This document shows positions 18,367 through 26,652 of a stretch of 64,000 bases of DNA, one piece after another. Made by a program: the position numbers and the translations under genes. The notes under the pieces were generated by a model that worked only from the letters and a program-made list of their open reading frames with translations, did not search any database and was not told where the DNA came from. Every line of letters begins with the position of its first letter. The stretch's first letter is position 1. The DNA comes from an uncultured delta proteobacterium (lineage in GTDB: Bacteria > Myxococcota > Myxococcia > Myxococcales > Myxococcaceae): the NCBI GenBank assembly GCA_963776345.1, contig CAVZMH010000003.1, positions 96,001-160,000 of the forward strand, in the 5' to 3' direction.

Positions 18367-18893
18367 CCCGCTTCGCCGCTCCCGGTCGCCTCGAGCGCTG
18401 GGTGGCGCGCCCGGTCTTCTGGTGGACGGCGATGGGGCTCCTGGTGGGGGGCCTCCTCGTCTCGGGGGTGTCCCGCCCCGTGCCCCCGCGGCTCCCGGTG
18501 CTGGATCGGGTCCCGCCCACCGGCCGGGGGCGGCTGGTCGTCTTCGGTGATCCGGCGTGCCCGGAGTGCGTCGCCGCCAGCTCCGGGGCGCTGCGCTCCC
18601 TCTCCCGTCACCTCCGGTCGGTCCGCCAGGGCTTCGATCTGGAGTGGATCAGCCTGGGCGACGCGGCGACGGCCCCCGCGCTCGGACCGCCGGTCCTCAC
18701 GGTGGACGATGGTTCGCGCGCTGCACCTCTGGTCGCGTTCCTGGCGCGGAGCCCGGAGCAGGCCGCGCTCCGCCGCGGCGAGCGCGGGGTGCTGGTCGAT
18801 CCGGCCGGCAAGGTCCGGGCGCTGCCCGTGCTCTCCGATCCGCCCGCGCGCGATCTGCTGCCGGCGATCACCCAGGTGATCAACGGTCGCTAG
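18363..18893 (+). CDS. Membrane-anchored thioredoxin-fold protein, degenerate SCO/SenC-like (CxxC)
   Basis: N-terminal TM, LPVLDRVP, CPEC, GVLVDPAGKVR; GTGA overlap with the previous gene. Confidence 0.55.
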   Translation: MTRFAAPGRLERWVARPVFWWTAMGLLVGGLLVSGVSRPVPPRLPVLDRVPPTGRGRLVVFGDPACPECVAASSGALRSLSRHLRSVRQGFDLEWISLGDAATAPALGPPVLTVDDGSRAAPLVAFLARSPEQAALRRGERGVLVDPAGKVRALPVLSDPPARDLLPAITQVINGR

Positions 18894-18916
18894 CGAACAG
18901 TCCGGGCTCCCGGGCG

Positions 18917-19061
18917 CTGCTCGACTGTTCGATGTTTGACTGAGCAATGAAGTGGTGTTTCCAGGCAGGGCTTCATTGCTTCTGCTTCAAACGACGCGGC
19001 GTGGCGTGAAAATCCTTTGTTTGGAATCTTCGCCCGGTTGTCCCTTTAGTTGCGCGCGCAA
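18917..19061. promoter_or_regulatory. Regulatory region upstream of the cyc2-like gene
   Basis: AT-rich intergenic region with TTGACTGAGCAA (18936-47), a 10-bp inverted repeat AGCAATGAAG/CTTCATTGCT (18943-52 and 18971-80), and the palindrome TTGCGCGCGCAA (19050-61). Confidence 0.45.
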
Positions 19062-19105
19062 TGGATGCCGCTCGATGTGGCGAGCGGCCGAGGGAGGAGG
19101 GTGGC

Positions 19106-20413
19106 ATGAAGCTGCGCGTCCTTGTCGTCGCCGCTGCCGCGCTGGCAGTGCTGCTACCGGGATCGGCCGGGGCGATCCCTGCCTTCGCCCGGAAGTACAA
19201 CGTGGCCTGCAGCACCTGCCACGAGGCCTGGCCGAAGCTGAACGACTTCGGGCAGCTGTTCCGTGACAACGGCTACCGGATGAACCGGGGCAAGGACAAC
19301 CCCACCGAGCAGAACGGGTCGTACTGGCCGATCGCCATGCGCACCACCGTGGGCTACCAGTTCGCGCAGCAGGAGGGGGTGGCGGTGGCTGAGCCGCCGG
19401 GGACCACCACCACCAAGACCGGGACTCTCGGCTTCGCCGGCCTGGACATCCTCACCGCCGGTGCGCTCGGCGAGCAGATGAGCTGGCTGCTGGTCTACAC
19501 CCCTGGGCTGGGGAGCGCGGGATTCGGAACCGGGCCCGCAGACGGAGATCTGGAATCGGCCTTCGTCGGCTTCCACCGCCTCTTCGGAACACCGTTCCTC
19601 AACCTCCGGGTGGGGAAGCACGCGCCGGATCTGCCGGTGGACGAGCACCGGATCCTGACCCTCACCCAGGGGTACAACATCTTCCACTTCCATCCGCAGG
19701 GAAGCGCCGCGACCTTCGAGCCAGGGAGCAACCAGGCGGGCGTGGAGATCTACGGACACACCGAGCTGGACGAGCTCCGCTACTCCGTCACGGTGGCCAC
19801 CGAGAACGACGCCATCTTCTCCAAGAACTGGGTCAGCTCGCCGGTGGTCTGGGCCAGGGTCTCGGGGAAGGTGATGCTCAACAACGGGATCCTGCCGGAG
19901 ATCAAGGGCGGAATCTTCGGCTCCGCCGGCTGGCACCCGGTCCAGGCGCTGACCGATCCTGCCTCGGGGGACCCGGTGAGCGGCACGGCCTACTCCAACC
20001 AGCCCTACCAGAAGTTCGGGGCCGATCTGCACCTGCTCTTCTTCAGCACCGTGAACCCCCTGGACATCACCGGGGTGGTGATGTTCGGGAACGAGGACCA
20101 GGCGCTGATCGCCAATGGCACCCGGTCCGCGCAGTGGCTCGGCGGGTTCGTCGAGGTGAACTGGGTCCCCACCTTCAACTGGGCGATCGTCGGCCGGTAC
20201 GAGCAGATCGCCACCACCCAGGCCGGGGACCCCACGGCGGCGCAGGATGAGGGGGATCTCACCGCGTTCACCCTCGCGATTCGCTACACGATGGAGTTCT
20301 CGAACCGGGCGGCGGTCACCCTGGTGCTCGAGGGTAGCCAGGTCTCCACCACTTCGTCGGGCATGCAGCCGAAGGGCAGCACTGTGCTCGCCGGCATCGA
20401 CTTCGCGTTCTAA
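19106..20413 (+). CDS. cyc2: Cyc2-like fusion of a monoheme cytochrome c and an outer-membrane porin
   Basis: Signal peptide, then AIPAFARKY-NVA-CSTCH-EAW-PKLNDFG (AxPxFAR[QK][TY], CxxCH, PxL), then ~380 aa of amphipathic beta strands ending GIDFAF; GGAGG RBS. Confidence 0.8.
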   Translation: MKLRVLVVAAAALAVLLPGSAGAIPAFARKYNVACSTCHEAWPKLNDFGQLFRDNGYRMNRGKDNPTEQNGSYWPIAMRTTVGYQFAQQEGVAVAEPPGTTTTKTGTLGFAGLDILTAGALGEQMSWLLVYTPGLGSAGFGTGPADGDLESAFVGFHRLFGTPFLNLRVGKHAPDLPVDEHRILTLTQGYNIFHFHPQGSAATFEPGSNQAGVEIYGHTELDELRYSVTVATENDAIFSKNWVSSPVVWARVSGKVMLNNGILPEIKGGIFGSAGWHPVQALTDPASGDPVSGTAYSNQPYQKFGADLHLLFFSTVNPLDITGVVMFGNEDQALIANGTRSAQWLGGFVEVNWVPTFNWAIVGRYEQIATTQAGDPTAAQDEGDLTAFTLAIRYTMEFSNRAAVTLVLEGSQVSTTSSGMQPKGSTVLAGIDFAF

Positions 20414-20430
20414 CCGGAGGAACCACGCGC

Positions 20431-21186
20431 ATGGCCTCGCTCCGACCCGTCCTCGTCGCCACCCTCGGCATCGCCGCGGTGGCGCTTCTCTCCGGTGCCG
20501 ACCAGGGCGGTGACGCCGCCCCGGTACCCATCGATCAGGGCCTCGTCGCCCGCGGCAAGCCGCTCTACGAGCGCTTCTGCATCAGCTGTCACGGACCGCA
20601 GGGCGACGGCCAGGGATACGCCGCCCAGTGGCTGGATCCGCTGCCCCGGGATTTCACCTCGGGCATCTTCAAGTGCCGCTCGACGCCGAGCGGGACGCTG
20701 CCCACCGACGCGGACCTGATGCGCACGCTGCGCGTCGGCGTCTACCACACGTACATGCCGCCCTGGGCCGCGCTGGGGGACTGGAACCTCCGCGCGCTGG
20801 CCGAATACATCAAGACCTTCTCGCCGAAGTGGAAGGAGGAGGCGCCCGGGCAGCCGATCACCATCCCGCCTGCGCCTCCGGACGACGAGGCCTCCCGGAA
20901 GCGCGGCGCGGTGATCTGGGCCAACAACCAGTGCGCCAAGTGCCACGGGGCCAAGGGCAAGGGCGACGGGCTCTCGGTGCCCACCCTGATGGACGACTGG
21001 GGTCACCACATCACCCCGTTCGACTTCACCAGCAGCGACGCCCGGAAGTGCGGGAACACCGACACCGATCTCTACCGGACCTTCATGACCGGGGTGAGCG
21101 GCACGCCGATGCCCTCCTTCGCCGACAGCCTGAAGCCGGAGGAGGCCTGGGACCTGGTGCACTTCCTCCACACGCTCCGTCAGTAG
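20431..21186 (+). CDS. Periplasmic diheme cytochrome c
   Basis: Signal peptide; CISCH..MPPW and CAKCH..MPSF. Confidence 0.9.
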   Translation: MASLRPVLVATLGIAAVALLSGADQGGDAAPVPIDQGLVARGKPLYERFCISCHGPQGDGQGYAAQWLDPLPRDFTSGIFKCRSTPSGTLPTDADLMRTLRVGVYHTYMPPWAALGDWNLRALAEYIKTFSPKWKEEAPGQPITIPPAPPDDEASRKRGAVIWANNQCAKCHGAKGKGDGLSVPTLMDDWGHHITPFDFTSSDARKCGNTDTDLYRTFMTGVSGTPMPSFADSLKPEEAWDLVHFLHTLRQ

Positions 21187-21202
21187 GACCGATCGCCCAC
21201 CG

Positions 21203-21844
21203 ATGACCACCGCCGCCACCCACGTTCACCACGAGGTCACCGCCAGCTGGCCACCCGACGCCCAGTTCGGGAAGGCCAACCCCGCCAAGCTGGCGATGTG
21301 GATCTTCCTCCTCTCAGACTGGCTGTCGTTCGCCGGGCTCCTCCTGGCCTATGGCATCCTCCGAGCCGGGAACGCGGTGTGGCGCCACCCGGGAGAGCCG
21401 GCGCTCAACATCCCCTTCACCTGCCTCCTGACGCTGGTGCTCATCGCCTCGAGCATCAGCGTCATCGTGGCCCACGACGCGGCGCTCGGGGGCGACCGCC
21501 GTCGCACCGCGCGCTGGCTGGGCATCACCGCCCTCGGGGGGGTGCTGTTCCTCACCGGCCAGTACGCGGAGTGGATCGGCATCCTCCACCCCGGGCTGAT
21601 GCACGAGGGTCTGGTGTTCGGGCGCTCGGCCTACGCCAGCACCTTCTACGTGATCACCGGCTTCCACGGCCTGCACGTCACGGCCGGCGTCATCTACCTG
21701 CTCGCGGTGCTCGGGCGCACCGCCCGGGGCGTGGCCCGGGCCCAGGAGGTGGAGCTGGTGGCGCTCTTCTGGCACTTCGTCGACCTGGTCTGGAACCTGG
21801 TGTTCGTCCTGGTCTACCTGGTGCCTACCGGAGGTGCGGGATGA
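21203..21844 (+). CDS. Heme-copper oxidase subunit III (short form)
   Basis: MWIFLLSD, TGFHGLHV and FWHFVDLVW motifs. Confidence 0.9.
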   Translation: MTTAATHVHHEVTASWPPDAQFGKANPAKLAMWIFLLSDWLSFAGLLLAYGILRAGNAVWRHPGEPALNIPFTCLLTLVLIASSISVIVAHDAALGGDRRRTARWLGITALGGVLFLTGQYAEWIGILHPGLMHEGLVFGRSAYASTFYVITGFHGLHVTAGVIYLLAVLGRTARGVARAQEVELVALFWHFVDLVWNLVFVLVYLVPTGGAG

Positions 21845-22137
21845 GCACCTCGGCGGCGGCCCAGAACCGCACCCGTGACTACTTGGTGATGCTGGCGGTG
21901 ATGGTCGCCCTCACCGTGCTCGAGGTGGGGGTGGCCCTCGTCCCCGGGCACGCGGGCTGGACGGTGGTGCTCCTCCTCGCGCTGGCCCTGGCCCAGGCGG
22001 TGTACTTCGCGCTCTACACCATGCACCTCTCGCGAGAGACGGTCGCGCTGCGACGGATGGCGGCCGGGCCGGGCGTCATCGCCGCGTTCTACGCGCTGGT
22101 GCTGGTCGCCGAGGCAGCCTGGAGGCACTTCACGTGA
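21841..22137 (+). CDS. Cytochrome c oxidase subunit IV-like protein
   Basis: LTVLEV..AQAVYFALYTMHL; 3 TM helices; ATGA overlap. Confidence 0.8.
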   Translation: MSTSAAAQNRTRDYLVMLAVMVALTVLEVGVALVPGHAGWTVVLLLALALAQAVYFALYTMHLSRETVALRRMAAGPGVIAAFYALVLVAEAAWRHFT

Positions 22138-22298
22138 CGCTGTTCCAGCTGGTGCTGCTCGCCTGTCCCGCCTGTGCCGCGAACTCCGCCTCTCCGGGGG
22201 TGGCGGTGCTCCTCCCGGCGCTGATCGGGACGCCCTTCCTGGTGGCCGGGGCGGTCATCCTCGGCATCCGCAAGGTCTCCCGAGGAGGGGAGTCATGA
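22134..22298 (+). CDS. 54-aa membrane peptide with an ACPAC motif
   Basis: Not in the ORF track. MTLFQLVLLACPACAANSASPGVAVLLPALIGTPFLVAGAVILGIRKVSRGGES; GTGA and ATGA overlaps on both sides; GGAGG RBS. Confidence 0.7.
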   Translation: MTLFQLVLLACPACAANSASPGVAVLLPALIGTPFLVAGAVILGIRKVSRGGES

Positions 22299-23080
22299 AG
22301 CTCGCGCTGCTCGCCGCCGGTCCGCTGGGAATCGGGCTCCCCTTCGATGCCTCGAAGGATGGCTGGCGGATCGACGAGATGATCAACACCACCACCACCT
22401 TCGTGGGGGTGATCTTCCTGATCATGGTGGCCTGGATGGCCTGGTCCATCTTTCGCCACGGCCCGAAGCACACCGCGGTGTTCGACCACGGAGACAAGCG
22501 CAGCTCCTGGATGTGGACCGTGGCCACCGCCGGGCTGATCTTCGTGGTGGTGGACGGTGACCTCCTGGTCCGAACCCTGATCGCCGTCAACCGGATCTAC
22601 TGGAACTTCGAGGAGGCCGAGAAGCGGCCGGACGCGGTGCGGATCGAGATCAACGCCCACCAGTGGGCCTGGTCGGTGCGCTACGCCGGTCCGGACGGCA
22701 AGTTCAACACCGCCGACGACGTGATCACCCTGAACGAGGTGGTGCTCCCCAAGGACGCCCCGGCCCTCTTCCAGGTGGCCTCCACCGACGTGCTCCACAG
22801 CTTCAACGTCCCCAACATGCGGATGAAGGTCGACGCGGTGCCGGGGACCATCAATCGCATGTGGTTCACTCCGGCCCAGCTCGGCGACTACGAGATCGGC
22901 TGCGCCCAGCACTGCGGCGCCAACCACTACAAGATGCAGGGCATGGTGCACGTGGTGGAGCCCGCCCGGTTCCAGCAGTGGCTGGCCGCCGCCTCCGCCA
23001 ACGCGCGCCAGGGATACGACCCCCAGGACACCGAAGCCCACTGGGGCTGGGACTGGGCCGAGCACACGAGGGTTCGATGA
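22295..23080 (+). CDS. coxB: Cytochrome c oxidase subunit II (CuA)
   Basis: Two TM helices; QWAW; DVLHSF; CAQHCGANHYKM CuA motif. Confidence 0.93.
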   Translation: MKLALLAAGPLGIGLPFDASKDGWRIDEMINTTTTFVGVIFLIMVAWMAWSIFRHGPKHTAVFDHGDKRSSWMWTVATAGLIFVVVDGDLLVRTLIAVNRIYWNFEEAEKRPDAVRIEINAHQWAWSVRYAGPDGKFNTADDVITLNEVVLPKDAPALFQVASTDVLHSFNVPNMRMKVDAVPGTINRMWFTPAQLGDYEIGCAQHCGANHYKMQGMVHVVEPARFQQWLAAASANARQGYDPQDTEAHWGWDWAEHTRVR

Positions 23081-24882
23081 TCGCCGAGGAACACCTGGAC
23101 CGAGAGACGCTGGAGCTGGCCGAGGCGCTCCAGCCGATCCATCACCCGCCGGAGACCTTCTTCCGCAAGTACCTCTGGTCGCTCGACCACAAGGTCATCG
23201 CCAAGCAGTACCTGTGGGCCGGCCTGATCTTCCTCCTGGTGGGCGGCACGCTGGCCATGCTCATCCGCTGGCAGTGGGCCTTCCCCGGCCAGCCGGTGCC
23301 CGTCCTGGGGAAGATCTTCCTCAGCGACTCCGGAGGGGTGATCGGCCCCGCCCAGTACATGCAGGTGTTCACCATGCATGGACTGATCATGATCTTCTTC
23401 GCCATCACCCCGATCCTGATCGGCGCGTTCGGGAACTACTGCATCCCCTTGCTGATCGGCGCACGGGACATGGCGTTCCCCTGGCTGAACGCGCTCTCGT
23501 TCTGGGTGTTCGCCCTCTCGCTCTGCCTGGTGGTGGGCGCGTTCTTCGGCGACCTCGGCGCGGCCGGGGCAGGGTGGACCACGTACCCGCCGCTCTCCAC
23601 CAACGTCGGCACGCCCGGCAGCGGCCAGACGCTGATGATCTTGGCGATCTTCGTCACCGGCGTCTCGTCGATCATGGGCGGCATCAACTACGTCACCACC
23701 GTCATCCGTCTGCGGGCGCCGGGGATGACCTGGCTCCGGATGCCGCTCACCGTCTGGGGGCTGTTCCTCACCGCGGTGCTCAACGTGCTCTTCATTCCGG
23801 TGCTGGGCTCGGCGGCGCTGCTGCTCCTCCTCGACCGGGTGTTCGGCACCCAGTTCTACCTGGCGGGGGTGGCCACCCAGGGCGGTGGAGACCCGATCCT
23901 CTTCCAGCACCTGTTCTGGATCTTCGGCCACCCCGAGGTCTACATCCTCATCCTCCCGGCCTGGGGCATCGTGGGCGACCTGCTGGCCTTCTTCAGCCGC
24001 AAGCCGGCCAACTGGTACCTGGGCACGGTGCTGGCGATGACCGCGGTGACCGTGCTCAGCGCGGTGGTCTACGGCCACCACATGTTCATGACCGGGCTCA
24101 ATCCGTTGCTCGGGCAAGGGTTCATGGTGTTGACCCTGATCATCAGCGTCCCGGCCGAGCTGCTGTTCCTCAACTGGCTGCGCACCATCTGGAAGGGCTC
24201 CATCCGGCTCACCACGCCGATGCTCTTCTCCCTGGGGATGGTATTCGTCTTCGGGTTCGGGGGCCTCACCGGCCTGTACCTCGGCGCGGTGGCGCCGGAC
24301 TTCTACCTCCACGACACCATGTTCGTGGTGGGCCACTTCCACTTCACCATGGCCGCCGCCTCGTTCCTGGCCAGCTTCGCCGCGCTCTACTTCTGGTTCC
24401 CCAAGATGTTCGGTCGGTCGATGAGCGAGCCCCTGGGGAAGGCGCACTTCTGGATCACCGTGGTGGGTATCACCCTGGTCTTCGGCGGGCAGCTGCTCGC
24501 CGGGTACTCGGGACAGCACCGGCGGCTGTACGACCCGTTCGTCTACCAGTACCTCCAGCCGCTCCGGGCGCTGAACCGCTACACCAGCTACGCGGCCTTC
24601 GTGCTCTTCCTCGGCCAGCTGGCCTTCATCTGGAACTTCTTCCACTCCATGGTGCGTGGACCGAAGGCCGAGGCCAACCCCTGGCAGGTGGGGACGCTGG
24701 AGTGGTCCATTCCCTCCCCGCCGCCGATCCACAACTTCGACCACCTCCCCATCGTTCGTCGCGGTCCGCACGAGCTCTCCAGCCCCGAGGTCCGGGCCCG
24801 GCTGGGACGGGACTGGATCGGCCAGGCGGAGGTGCTGCCCGACGCGCGCGATGTTCCGACGACGGCGCCGGCGCGCGGGTGA
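23077..24882 (+). CDS. coxA: Cytochrome c oxidase subunit I (A-family heme-copper oxidase)
   Basis: DHKVI, TMHG, RDMAFP, GWTTYPPL, GHPEVY, GHHMF and HDTMFVVGHFH motifs; probable start MIAEEH. Confidence 0.95.
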   Translation: MIAEEHLDRETLELAEALQPIHHPPETFFRKYLWSLDHKVIAKQYLWAGLIFLLVGGTLAMLIRWQWAFPGQPVPVLGKIFLSDSGGVIGPAQYMQVFTMHGLIMIFFAITPILIGAFGNYCIPLLIGARDMAFPWLNALSFWVFALSLCLVVGAFFGDLGAAGAGWTTYPPLSTNVGTPGSGQTLMILAIFVTGVSSIMGGINYVTTVIRLRAPGMTWLRMPLTVWGLFLTAVLNVLFIPVLGSAALLLLLDRVFGTQFYLAGVATQGGGDPILFQHLFWIFGHPEVYILILPAWGIVGDLLAFFSRKPANWYLGTVLAMTAVTVLSAVVYGHHMFMTGLNPLLGQGFMVLTLIISVPAELLFLNWLRTIWKGSIRLTTPMLFSLGMVFVFGFGGLTGLYLGAVAPDFYLHDTMFVVGHFHFTMAAASFLASFAALYFWFPKMFGRSMSEPLGKAHFWITVVGITLVFGGQLLAGYSGQHRRLYDPFVYQYLQPLRALNRYTSYAAFVLFLGQLAFIWNFFHSMVRGPKAEANPWQVGTLEWSIPSPPPIHNFDHLPIVRRGPHELSSPEVRARLGRDWIGQAEVLPDARDVPTTAPARG

Positions 24883-24889
24883 GCCTCCG

Positions 24890-25489
24890 ATGACCGGCGT
24901 TCTCCTGTACCGGCCGCTGCATGCCCGCGAAGAGGCCACGGCGCGGGTGGGGATGCTCCTCTTCCTCGGCAGCTGGGCGATGATGTTCGCCGGGCTGTTC
25001 TTCGCCCTGGGGGTGGTGCGCTGGCGAAGCCCGATGTGGCCCCCCGAGGAGGTGGGCCCGCTCCCGGTGGGCTGGGCCGCCCTGAACACGGCGCTCCTTA
25101 TCGGGTCGAGCCTAGCGCTGGAAGTCGCGCTGCGCGCCGTGCGGCGGGCGAAGCTCGCGTCGATGCGCACCGCGCTGAGCGTGGCGCTGGCGGTGGGGCT
25201 GGCCTTCCTGGGGAGCCAGGTCCTCCTCTTCGCCAGGATGGTGAACCTGGGCGTCCGCTGGGACGCCGGGGCGTTCGGCGGCGCGGTGTTCGGGCTGTGC
25301 GGCTTCCACGCGCTCCACGCCGCGGTGGGCCTCGCGGGGCTCGCCGCGGTGCTGGCCGCCGCGATGCGCGGCGTGCTCCAGCCGGCCCGTCACCTGCGTC
25401 TGCAGCTCTGGACCCACTACTGGCACTTCGTCGGGGTGGTGTGGCTCATTCTCTTCCCGGCGGTGTTCGCCGGCACCGGCGGAGGCTGA
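24890..25489 (+). CDS. Second heme-copper oxidase subunit III-like protein
   Basis: GMLLFLGSWAMMF, NTALLIGSS, GFHALH and YWHFVGVVW motifs. Confidence 0.85.
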   Translation: MTGVLLYRPLHAREEATARVGMLLFLGSWAMMFAGLFFALGVVRWRSPMWPPEEVGPLPVGWAALNTALLIGSSLALEVALRAVRRAKLASMRTALSVALAVGLAFLGSQVLLFARMVNLGVRWDAGAFGGAVFGLCGFHALHAAVGLAGLAAVLAAAMRGVLQPARHLRLQLWTHYWHFVGVVWLILFPAVFAGTGGG

Positions 25490-25492
25490 TCG

Positions 25493-26428
25493 ATGCGACG
25501 ACTGATCGCCTGGGTCCCGGTGCTCCTGCTCGCGGCGTGCGCGAAGGACACCCGACCGTTCAAGGCTCCCATGAAGCTCGCGGGGAAGATGGTGCCCGCC
25601 GAGACGCTGAACCTCGGCCGGACCAGCTACCTCCAGTACTGCCGCGCCTGTCACGGGAACGAGGGCAAGGGCGACGGCCCCTCGGCGCCGGGGCTCCGGC
25701 CCCCGCCGCGCAACTTCACGCAAGGGGAGTTCAAGTTCGGAGGGGTGCTCGACCAGAAGCTCCCCCGCGACGAGGACCTGGTCCGCATCGTCCGGAGCAA
25801 CCTGCATGGCACGGCGATGCTCGGCTGGGAGGTGCCTGAGCGGGAGCTGACCGCCATCATCCAGTACCTCAAGACGCTCTCCGACGCCTGGAAGGACGAC
25901 GACGCAGTGGGCGAGCCGGTGGTGGTGGCCCCCGATCCCTTCGGCCCCGGAAAGGAGGCCGAGGCGATCGCACGCGGCAAGCTGCTCTACCACGGCTTCA
26001 CCCAGTGCCTGAACTGCCACCCCGCCTACGCGACGCCCCAGGAGATCAGCGACGCGTCCCAGCAGCTGAACGGCCACCCGACCACGGATTTTCGCGCCGA
26101 CATGTACTTGCCGGAGATGAAGCCCAGCGACTACACGGCCTCGGACGGCAAGGCGGTGCAGCTCCTGCCGCCCGACTTCCTCCTCAACCCGGTCCGCTCC
26201 ATCCAGCCCGGCACGGAGCTGACCGACCTGTACCGGATTCTGGTCTCCGGCGTGACCGGCGCGGCGATGCCGGCCTGGGATCCTCAGGTATTGCCCGACA
26301 AGACCCGGGACGTGTGGGCGCTCGCGTACTACGTCCGCTCGCTCATCCAGATGCGCGGCACGGAGCAGGCCCTGGCGTTCAAGTCGCGTCTGGCGAGCTC
26401 CGCACCCCACCCCAAGGGTCCGCAGTGA
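25493..26428 (+). CDS. Diheme cytochrome c lipoprotein
   Basis: Lipobox LLAAC; CRACH and CLNCH; MPAW. Confidence 0.88.
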   Translation: MRRLIAWVPVLLLAACAKDTRPFKAPMKLAGKMVPAETLNLGRTSYLQYCRACHGNEGKGDGPSAPGLRPPPRNFTQGEFKFGGVLDQKLPRDEDLVRIVRSNLHGTAMLGWEVPERELTAIIQYLKTLSDAWKDDDAVGEPVVVAPDPFGPGKEAEAIARGKLLYHGFTQCLNCHPAYATPQEISDASQQLNGHPTTDFRADMYLPEMKPSDYTASDGKAVQLLPPDFLLNPVRSIQPGTELTDLYRILVSGVTGAAMPAWDPQVLPDKTRDVWALAYYVRSLIQMRGTEQALAFKSRLASSAPHPKGPQ

Positions 26429-26652
26429 GCGGGGAGGCGACCGTGCTCCGGCTCTCGAGCGTCCACCGGGTGGTCATCACCTCGGCGCTCCTGGTGTGCA
26501 TCGGGGTGACGATCTTCGGGCTGACCAGGCCCGAGGGACCCGCGCGGGGCGACTGGGAGGCCCTGGGGATCACCGGGCTGTCGGTCGCGGTGCTGCTCGG
26601 CGCCTACCTGTCCTGGTTCGTCGCCCGTCACCCCAGACCTGAGCGGCGCTGA
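26425..26652 (+). CDS. Small 2-TM membrane protein at the end of the oxidase operon
   Basis: GTGA overlap; two hydrophobic helices. Confidence 0.55.
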   Translation: MSGEATVLRLSSVHRVVITSALLVCIGVTIFGLTRPEGPARGDWEALGITGLSVAVLLGAYLSWFVARHPRPERR

